Below, piece after piece: positions 55,601-64,000 of a stretch of DNA of 64,000 nucleotides. Under the pieces are notes generated by a model, which saw only the letters and a list, made by a program, of their open reading frames with translations, was not told the DNA's origin and did no database searches. A program made the translations under genes and the position numbers. Source of the DNA: Chrysomallon squamiferum (lineage: Eukaryota > Animalia > Mollusca). Each line of letters opens with the position of its first letter. Position 1 is the first letter of the stretch. The stretch covers positions 42,222,001 through 42,286,000 of the forward strand of contig CM022670.1 in the NCBI GenBank assembly GCA_012295275.1, in the 5' to 3' direction.

Positions 55601-57745
55601 GCCACACGGCAGGATGGAAGCAGAGATAGAGTTCTTGTTTTCTATCAGCTTGCAGACAGGTAATAAAATGAAAACCAGCAGAGTCAAGGAATTTGATATC
55701 TAAAAATTCAGACCTGGAAAACGTGGAAATCTATAATTTTTGATAAAAAGACATGGATATTCACGGAAAATTCATAATAATGCATTCAGGAGGGGAAATT
55801 TTTTTTTTTACTGATAAAAAAGTTATTTTAAAATTGATAATTCTGTTGATCATCTCAAATTCTGATGCAGGTTTGGGCTTGAATTAATCATACAACTGGT
55901 ATTTGTATAGCTGTTACACAGTATGTAGCAACAGAGAATTAGCCATGTACAAGTTGTATTTGAAGTGCTTTTACATCACACACTAATAATAGGCACAGCT
56001 GAGAACAAGTCAACTAAGTGTTTTATTTGAGTTTATTCTACGAGTTCTTAAATTTTAATTAAATACTCAAAAGTCCATGAATTTTCTAGAAAACATTACA
56101 TGTCATGGAAAGTAGTTAAATTTAATTTTCGATAATGTATCAGTAGTAACAGTGATAATAATAGCAACAATAATAAAATCATGATACGTAAATTTTAGAA
56201 ACCCCACTATTTTATTACTGTTTTTATTCAGACTGGCAGGCAAACTGAGGAGTTTGTTTACATTGTTCGCTGGTCACATCATCAAACATGCAGCTCAAAC
56301 TCTTGACAACAACAACATTGCCAAAACAGGTTTGTCATCAAAGATGGGGATAGGAAAAAGAATGTTTAATGTAGATTTATTTTATAAAAGTTTATTGATA
56401 TAAGTGGGGGTTTTTCAATTTTATAAACAAAAATTCAGTTTTTATATATATTTACTGTAAATATAAATTTAATTATCAAATTTTCATAGATATTATTGTA
56501 TTTTTGAATTTTTGTGTATATATTTCCTTTAATTATAAACCAGTAATTCAGTTTTCAATTTCAAGAAACTGAAAACTGAAGTTAAAATGTTTTGTAAATT
56601 TATTTATTGTGGAACTTTGAACAGTCATTTTAAAATAGCAAAAATGAAGTTTGAAATATGTTACAGATGTAAAATACTTTGGAAGTGGAAAGAGTGCTCA
56701 GCGTAAGAGCTGTCTGCTCCTGAACCTGGTACTTGACTGTCTTCACAAGTGTTTTCTCTACGACTCTGAGGGTTTTGTTAACAAGGAGAGATTTGACAGC
56801 TTGATGCAGCACCTTGTTGATCAAGTATGTGAAAAAATAACGTCTTAAAAAGAACATCACAAATTAATTTAAATGCAGATTTGTCATTAGATTTTAAAAT
56901 AGATTGGTTTACACAGTGAAAATGTTATTGTATTTCAGATAGAGAATACACTATACCACTTTGAAGAGAGGATTTCACAACATTTAGTTCCGTGTATTGC
57001 TCAGTTTGCAGTCGCAGTTCAAGACGACTCTTTGTGGCGATCACTCAACTATCAGATCTTACTGAAAACTAGGAACCCTGACCACAGGGTAAGTTTTTGT
57101 TGTATCGACTAACATCAGTTAGACAAGAATCCCAATCAGCAGTTTCTAAATTCTTCACTGAAATTTTACACATTTGTTTTAAAGTGATAATACAAAATTT
57201 ATTGCGCAGATAATTTTGTTATTATTATTTTTTTAAATAAAACTAATTATTATATAAATTACAGTGAAGTTAAAAATGTGGGGTTTTTTTCAGGTTCGAC
57301 TTGCAGCACTTGATGTGGTCGATGCATTCAACAAGAAACTTGGTGATGACTTCATGTCACTGTTACCAGAAACTGTTCCATTCCTCGCAGAGTTAATGGA
57401 AGGTCAGTTTAATAATGTCCACACCCTGTCAGTCATTTATTTGTTAATTAAACCGCACACAGAACAGGACAAAGATTTATTTTTTACTTCTCGAACAAAG
57501 TTATTTTGTAAATTGAAAAGAAAAAAATAGAGTTTATGATCAGTGACATTATTTATTTCATTAAGCAGTGATAAAACTGTTAATGCTTCATTAAATAACA
57601 ATAATTTAAAAGGTGTTATGTTAGAAATGATGTTTAAAAATATTGTTTTGTTTCAGATGACAATGAGGAGGTGGAGACAAGGTGTCAGGCTGTGATATCA
57701 GACATGGAGAAAACACTTGGAGAATCACTACAGAAATATTTCTAG
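29830..57745 (+). CDS. HEATR1: HEAT repeat-containing protein 1 (UTP10/BAP28), SSU processome t-UTP subunit, 43 coding exons
   Basis: N-terminus MTSLAKQLQRL...LLFNPVDAA...GLEELEGIDPSF...LSPYFLLRPAHKALEWLIYRYHI, internal LLHNIMSVFTFMG...RQDDSYSFHVI, BP28CT-like SEATFRPMLFKIFDWA, and C-terminus LLPETVPFLAELMEDDNEEVE...LGESLQKYF*. Exons: 29830-29971, 30393-30609, 31559-31703, 32124-32225, 32465-32725, 32983-33068, 33322-33582, 33841-33945, 34186-34405, 34990-35079, 35406-35491, 35738-35907, 39255-39385, 39860-40024, 40205-40373, 40763-40917, 41134-41323, 41734-41912, 42329-42526, 42639-42872, 43443-43574, 43913-44004, 44380-44523, 44952-45055, 47569-47690, 48037-48165, 48882-49136, 49410-49715, 50197-50364, 51298-51441, 51828-51980, 52306-52478, 53405-53504, 53919-53992, 54365-54449, 54740-54874, 55281-55385, 55589-55659, 56232-56329, 56667-56824, 56939-57088, 57294-57402, 57657-57745. 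Confidence 0.96.
31008..31581 (+). repeat. Tandem array of about 30-34 bp made of the HEATR1 acceptor plus exon head (TTTATAG|ATATCACATTCAGTTTTACAATG)
   Basis: About 17 copies; the last one is the real start of exon 31559-31703. Confidence 0.92.
34387..34597 (+). repeat. Tandem array of about 56 bp made of the HEATR1 exon tail plus donor (CCTGTCACACACAGACAAG|GTCAAA)
   Basis: 4 copies, the first being the real donor at 34405/34406; a (CT)n tract follows at about 34637-34682. Confidence 0.92.
35865..38800 (+). repeat. 76-bp tandem array, about 38 copies, of 43 nt HEATR1 exon tail plus donor plus 33 nt of intron
   Basis: Unit ctgaaacattctcagacagatgtcatacagagagctagtgaag|gtatttagaaactagattagttacactagaaca; the first copy is coding (LKHSQTDVIQRASE). 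Confidence 0.96.
39370..39790 (+). repeat. Tandem array of about 28 bp made of the HEATR1 donor (ATACAACACATA|GTGAGTATACAG)
   Basis: About 15 degenerate copies starting in exon 39255-39385. Confidence 0.88.
43170..43355. mobile_element. Possible fragment of a non-autonomous DNA transposon (MITE-like) in a HEATR1 intron
   Basis: Non-tandem segment of higher GC containing tttcatcaaaatc and ending ..gatttgatatggaatgaccc, reminiscent of invertebrate MITE ends. No partner inverted repeat or target-site duplication was found; this is recognition by style only. Confidence 0.3.
45080..47545. repeat. Minisatellite of about 33 bp (ctgtactagaaacacagcattagtcacacatac) filling a 2.5-kb HEATR1 intron
   Basis: About 75-80 copies with 29/31/33-bp variants; it is the source of the VTHTCTRNTAL ORFs. 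Confidence 0.95.
48450..48870. repeat. 36-bp minisatellite ending about 10 nt before a HEATR1 acceptor
   Basis: actaaaactataaattcatattacaatactgtatac, about 11 copies. Confidence 0.92.
49679..50060 (+). repeat. 46-48-bp tandem array of the HEATR1 exon tail plus donor (..TTCATTGCACAG|GTAAAC)
   Basis: About 8 copies; the ORF reads IHLFSSKQFIAQVNIVIHLFSSKQFIAQ. Confidence 0.93.
52620..53410 (+). repeat. Tandem array of about 27-33 bp made of the HEATR1 acceptor (TTTGTTGTAG|AAATGA)
   Basis: About 26 copies; the last is the real acceptor at 53404/53405. It explains the antisense ORF 52582-53466. Confidence 0.93.
54875..55205 (+). repeat. Tandem array of about 67 bp beginning at the HEATR1 donor GTAAAC
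   Basis: About 5 copies of gtaaacaatttcataacaaactagttag... Confidence 0.88.
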
Positions 57746-58003
57746 TTTTAGACTGTGTCACAACTCAGCAAATAAAACAATGTCTCCAGACGTTTTCTTT
57801 TTTTTTAAATTTTGTTTCTGGAAAATAAACACATATAAGGATAGCACCGAGTAAATTTAGTTAACCTGTATTTGTCCAATACTACATCAGACTCCTCTAT
57901 CATCACTGACATAAATATTTATCATAGCAATTTTCAGATTTCTGTGTGGACCAAAACTACAAAAGTAAATTTCAAATATATTTTTATTTTACCATCAAGT
58001 AAT

Positions 58004-61000
58004 CTAGCGATAACTTCTGTTTTTCACATTAGCTTTAGCATAAAAGTGAACACCAATTTTCTTCTGTCTAGCTTCCCTTTCCATCTTTCTTCTCTGAAAA
58101 AGAAATACAAAATTATTAGAAAGAAGAAACAGTGAGTTTGTGAAATAATGATCTTTTTATCTTAAGACAAAAATGTTATTAATATATTTTAACACAAAAC
58201 CCGATTCTGTTACTCCTTTTAGTTATATTATATAGTTACACTTTACAGTTACGTGTTAGTTACACATTTGAATGTTACCTGTTTTCCTGTCACTCTGACA
58301 AGTTCGTCTTCTTCCAGTGATCGTTTTCTTGGTTTCTTTTCTACACTGACAACAGCAGGGATGATATCAACGCAAGTCGCAACTTCTGTATCGTGCATCT
58401 CGTAAAAACATCCATCACCTTGTGAAAACAGCATGTGCACACAGAGTAAAAAACTGTATGTTAATACTTCATAAAAACTAAAATGACAACTAAAATGACA
58501 ATTACTTAGTTTTCCCTCACAAAAATCAGCAGCCAGATAAAATTAGCAAAATGAAATATTTAAAAAAAAAAAAAGTTAGTATCAAGTATTTTAAATTTAC
58601 CGCAGTAATTTTTAAAAAAATATTTAAAATGTACTACAGTAATTTTATTAGCAAGCAGTATAAAAACAAGTTTTTTATAGTTACTAGCAGTAATTATAAG
58701 TATTAATAGTTTACAGCTAATTTAGAAACAAGTAGTTTAAGTTTACCAGTTTTCTGCAGTTTGTTTTTGGCTTTCACTTTTGGTGTTAATGGGGTCACCA
58801 TCCACGTTCCACTTGGCGTCTCTTCGATGTCAACATTCTCATCACTCGTTTGTCTGCGAGGGTTGAAATTTATTTTCTTTAAGTTCTTAACTCTTAGTCT
58901 TGATTTCTTCTTTCCAGTTACATTCTCACTTTTCACAGAGCTCTGTGTTCTTAATCTGCTCATTTTACTAACAGCCAGTTCTCTCCCCTTAGATAATCTT
59001 TTGTTTAACAATGACTCCAATTTATTCTGTTTCTGTTTGCTTGCTACTTTCACTTCATGTTTTGCTACATCATCCTCTGTGTCATCTCCTTCAATGACAG
59101 AGTCACCATTATCATCATCTGTATCATCATCATCCACATCACTCTCTGTTTGAGAAACTGATTTGACATCTTCTTCTTCAAACTGAGGTTCAACATGAAT
59201 TTTACTGAAGTTCTGTTTTACTTTCGGTTGAATTAATATATTAACATTTAAAACTTTTTTCTCTTCACCTTTATCATTAATGTTTGTTTCTACATCACCA
59301 GTGCTGTCATCAGTCAAAATTTGTGAATTAATTTTGTCAGCTGTTTTCACATTTGAAGTCTGAGAAATACCTTTGTCAGCTGTGTTCACATTTGAAATTT
59401 CTGTTTTTGTTTCTTCAGTTACAAGCTGTGAGTTTTTAGCATTGTCAGATTCTGTTGTTTTCACATTCTCAGATGTAGTTAGACATGTTTCCTCTTTGTT
59501 TTCTTCTTTTTTGTCCAATTCATCCTGCAACACAAATAATGAACACTTAGCCCTGTTGTACACATTAGACTGGTTCATTTTGTACAGTGTTACACAGCAA
59601 AAAACAAAGCAGTTTACATCTAACCCAGTTCTGACAAAGTATAAAAAGACAGTTCAGCTCTGACCCAGGAAGTCTAACGAAATATTTAAAAAAAAGTCTA
59701 CCTGACCCAGGAGGTCTAACGAAGTATTTAAAAAAAAGTCTACCTCTGACCCAGGAGGTCTAATGAAGTATTTAAAAAAAAGTCTACCTGACCCAGGAGG
59801 TCTAACGAAGTATTTAAAAAAAAGTCTACCTCTGACCCAGGAGGTCTAACGAAGTATTTAAAAAAAAGTCTACCTCTGACCCAGGAGGTCTAACGAAGTA
59901 TTTAAAAAAAAGTCTACCTCTGACCCAGGAGGTCTAACAAAGTATGGAATCTTTCCTCTCTGCCAGTCATTCAGTACCATTTTAGCAACAGTGCTGAGAT
60001 CAGGTTCTCCTTTCTGCAACACAAAGTTTATAAACACAGAAGTTATAATCTAATATGTATATCTCACTTGTACAGTATTAATTAATGAAACTGGTAATAT
60101 ACAACATATAACATATTTTGTAATATGTAAAAACTACATAACTACTACTATATTAATGTGTAACATCTCTATATAACTACTCTGTTACTATGTAACTGTG
60201 TAACTAGTGTAATATTTATAATTATACATAAACCACTTATGTGGACAAAACAACACAAATTTTTGTTTTGACTAACTAATATTACAGAAACTGTCAACAT
60301 GAGCTTGTATTACAAGTTTTACTAAAAGCAGGTTACTAGTGTATTGTTAGATATTTTCTATACTGGAACTAGATGTCTTTCAACTAGGAGAACAGACCTT
60401 GAGCAATCTGCCTGACTTTCTCGCTAGTTTTTCTAAAAAGTCCTCTGTACTTGTCCAGTCATCAATGTTGTACGTCTTTCTTATGTATTCCTTCTTTGCA
60501 CGTTCCAACACTGCTCCAATGTAGTCTTCTGGAGATCTAACATTTTCCACCCGCACCTATAATAATACCATATTTACAATACACAATTTGTGTTTTACAA
60601 TAATATAAGACTTACAATACTCAATTTGTGTTTTACAATAATATGACTTACAATATACAATTTGTGTTTTACAATAACCTAAGACTTACAGTATGACCAG
60701 TATAGAAAATAATAGTTCATTATGTTTACAAAGCGACAGTTCATCAAGTGTACAGTCACTGTTCATGAACTGTACAAAGTCACAGTTCATTAAATGTACA
60801 CTCACAGTTCATTAAGTGTACAAAGAGAGTTCATTAAGTGTACAAAGAGAGTTCATTAAGTGTACAAAGAGAGTTCATTAAGTGTACAAAGTCACAGTTC
60901 ATTAAGTGTACAGACAGTTCATTAAGTGTACAAAGCCACAGTTCATTAAGTGTACAAAGTGAGTTCATTAAGTGTACAAAGCCAAAGTTCATTAAGTGTA

Positions 61001-64000
61001 CAAAGTCACTGTTCATTAAGTGTACAAAGCCACAGTTCATTAAGTGTACAAAGCCACAGTTCATTATGTGTACAAGAGTTCATTAAGTGTACAAAGCCAC
61101 AGTTCATTAAGTGTACACAGCCAGTTTATTAAGTGAACAAAGACAGTTCATTAAGTGTACAACAGAGTTCATTAAGTGTACAAAGCCACAGTTCATTAAG
61201 TCTACAAAGCCACAGTTCATTAAGTGTATAAGAGTTCATTAAGTGTACAGTCACTGTTCATTAAGTGTACAAAGTCACAGTTCATTAAGTGAACAAAGCC
61301 ACAGTTCATTTAGTGTACAAAGCCACAGTTTATTAAGTGAACAAAGTCACTGTTAATTAAGTGTACAAAGAGAGTTCATTAAGTGTACAAAGTACAGTTC
61401 ATTAAGTGAACAAAGCCACAGTTCATTTAGTGTACAAAGCCACAGTTTATTAAGTGAACAAAGTCACTGTTAATTAAGTGTACAAAGAGAGTTCATTAAG
61501 TGTACAAAGTACAGTTCATTAAGTGTACAAAGTCACAGTTCATTAAGTATACAGTCTCTGTTCATTAAGTGTATAAAGTTACTGTTCATAAATGTACAAA
61601 GTCACAGTTCATCAAATGTACAAAGTCACAGTTCATTAAATATACAAAGAGACAGTTCAGAGTTCATTAAGAATAAGAGTCTAGAGAAATGCTCACCACT
61701 CCTTTCAGGACAGTGTCAGTCTGAGAGGCCCCAGTTGGGTACACAATTCCCGGACAGTCAACCAGAAATATTCTCTTCATTAATGTGATGTACTGCCACA
61801 CCTAACAAAATAAACTTTTGTACATTTACATCTTAAATAAAATTACTCTGTAATATCACAATGATCTATGATTTCTTTTCCATTCTCAAATTTGTCTATA
61901 AACAACTTTGTTTACTCTGTGCTGAACTTACCTTGATTTACACAAAACTTCTGTCTCACTCTTACCTTGATTTACGTAAATCTTTGTTTCAGGCTCACCT
62001 TGGTTTACACAAATCTTTGTTTCGGGCTCACCTTGGTTTACACAAATATTTGTTTCTCTCTTACCTTGGTTTACACAAATCTTAGTTTCTCTTTTACCTT
62101 GGTTTCTCCTGCTATTGGTGCCACTTTGCAGACTTTCTTGGATCGTAGAGTGTTGATGATGGAACTTTTGCCAACATTGGGGTAGCCAATGAAACCAACA
62201 CTGATTTGTTTCTTGTCCATGTGCAACTAGAAAAAGACATTTTTGTTTTCATAAAACCTCATTTTCTTCTACCTGATGTTCCCCACGGTTAAATGTTATG
62301 TTTAATAAATCTTCTAAAATTTTATTTCCACATTTTATTTTTAACAATGGCTACATTTTTTAATTTGATGATAAAAGTTTACTTTTCCAAACTGTCTGAG
62401 GAGGTTTATCAAAGCTCCTTTCCCAAATGGGTTTGTGATGCTGGCGTGGAAGGCCATTGTTGGATGTTCTGATGACAAAATAGCAACCCACTTTTGCTGA
62501 AATTTCAAAAAAACAATTATTTTATAACTTTACTGTTATTTTCAGTAACACAAATTATTTACATTCAGAGATATCTTGTATCCAAGACATTCATTGTGTT
62601 AATTCTTAAATAAAACTAGTGACTTACTATGACCGTGTTAATTGTTAAATGTAACTAGTGACTTACTATTACTGTGATTTGTTAAATATAACTAGTGACT
62701 TACTGTGACCCAGACAGGAACAAGATCGACTTTGTTCAGAACAAATATAATGTGTTTGTGCGATTTTTCCTTGGCGATGTACTTCTCCACCTGGTAACAG
62801 CGGGTACCGAGTGGGTCCCGTGCATCTAGAACCTGTACCACCACATCAGACGAATCAATGACCTGAAAAAAAGAAAACATTGTCAACTTTACACAGCTTG
62901 TGATGACTACCTCAAACACCATCAATGAAATGTCTTTAAAAAAACACATTAATTACAATTTGTTACACAGAATATCATCAGTTACAACTGTAACACAACT
63001 TGTGACAACTACCTCAAACACCATCAATGAAATGTCTTTAAAAAAACAACATTAATTACAATTTGTTACACAGAACATCATCAGTTACAACTGTAACACA
63101 ACTTGTGATAACTACCTCAATTATCATCAATGAAATCAGAAGTGTTTCTGAAATGTTTCATCACTTTAAATATTGGATGTATTAAAAACGTTTTCATTCA
63201 TTATTTGTCCAATTTGAAATGATACTTAAGAATAACATAACAAATGTTTTGTGATAAAATTATAAATAAATAATAAAATTAAAATTTATTTTACTTTATA
63301 CAGTTCATTCCATATCCGTTTCGACTGTCCCGCTTTGAAAACAATTTCAGGTTCCTCATCCCTGATTCCGGTATCTTCTAGTTCAATGTTGCTGTCTTTA
63401 GATTCATCATACTTCTCCACTGAACTCGATACTTTCTCTATCAGACCCTGGGATTTTTTTTTTTAAAAACAATACATTTTCAATCAGCAAATATTTTTAT
63501 AATTTAAAATTTATAATTCTTTTCTGTTATTATATACAGATATTTGTATCACCATTTCTAAGTCTGATGTGTGAAACAAGTCATAGTTCTATACTTGTAA
63601 AATATGTGTGAAACTAGTTAGTTTTATATTTGGACCATGTGAAACCAGTTAGTGTCTTGTAAACATTATAACAAGAGTACTGTACAAACCTGTACATCTG
63701 TCACAGACAAATTGGGTTTCTTGCGATGAGCTTTCTTTCCAAAAGTATTTTCAAAACTTTCTGTGTCAAGAAGATGCATTCGTGAATGCTGGAAAGAAAT
63801 ACATTTAATAATTTATTACGTTAAAAACAATTTGGTATTTTTTTCTTTTTTTAAACTTTCAATAATTTTTAAAAATAGGAAATTAAATAAATCTTAGATG
63901 AGTTTGGTTACTATGGTAATAATGTATAAACCTTTGCAGTTTCATTAAGAAGTGTAACAGGAAGTTTAGTCTGACTCATGACAACTTTGTACGGGTCGTT
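58004..64000 (-). CDS. GNL2: Nucleolar GTP-binding protein 2 (Nog2/NGP1), circularly permuted GTPase; 5' exons lie beyond the window
   Basis: Exons: 63932-64000 (partial), 63690-63788, 63295-63447, 62704-62862, 62383-62496, 62098-62226, 61697-61801, 60398-60556, 59918-60013, 58747-59524, 58279-58418, 58004-58093. Motifs: [30 protein letters not shown]4 NKVD, G1 [21 protein letters not shown]3 [28 protein letters not shown], and C-terminal [16 protein letters not shown]. Confidence 0.95.
59658..59945 (-). repeat. 42/44-bp tandem array of the GNL2 exon tail plus donor (..AGACCTCCTGGGTCAGAG|GTAGAC)
   Basis: About 6 intronic copies of ctctgacccaggaggtctaacgaagtatttaaaaaaaagtctac. Confidence 0.93.
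60715..61670. repeat. Intronic minisatellite of about 22-24 bp (agttcattaagtgtacaaagccac)
   Basis: About 40 copies in a GNL2 intron. Confidence 0.93.
61926..62106 (-). repeat. Tandem array of about 33 bp made of the GNL2 donor (AAACCAAG|GT)
   Basis: About 5 intronic copies of accttg(g/a)tttacacaaa next to the exon end at 62098. Confidence 0.88.
62890..63140. repeat. Tandem duplication of about 105 bp in a GNL2 intron
   Basis: actacctcaaacaccatcaatgaaatgtctttaaaaaa..., about 2.5 copies. Confidence 0.8.

Noticed and set aside
58703-59578. 291-aa ORF as a separate gene
   Set aside because: It is a large acidic/basic exon (58747-59524) that splices in frame into GNL2.

Overview
AT-rich, intron-rich animal genomic DNA. 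It looks invertebrate, possibly molluscan, but the taxon cannot be proven from the sequence. The window holds four spliced genes. (1) The 3' end of a probable 7-transmembrane, adhesion/secretin-like receptor (+, 378-2347). (2) A complete POLR1A, the largest RNA polymerase I subunit (-, 5223-28517, 33 coding exons, about 1710 aa). (3) A complete HEATR1/UTP10 (+, 29830-57745, 43 coding exons), head-to-head with POLR1A across about 1.3 kb. (4) The 3' part of GNL2/Nog2 (-, 58004 to beyond 64000), tail-to-tail with HEATR1. Three nucleolar ribosome-biogenesis genes are therefore adjacent. The most striking unexplained pattern is in the introns. About 22 of them carry tandem repeats or decayed duplications whose unit is the gene's own exon-intron junction: the exon tail plus GT donor, or the AG acceptor plus exon head. 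These are amplified 2 to about 38 times into the intron and form stacks of decoy splice sites. Also seen: a 38-bp exon fragment copied into a distant intron, a minisatellite with a consensus AAG|GTAAGT donor in every unit, and candidate structured intronic elements. Exon boundaries were read by hand and copy numbers are approximate.
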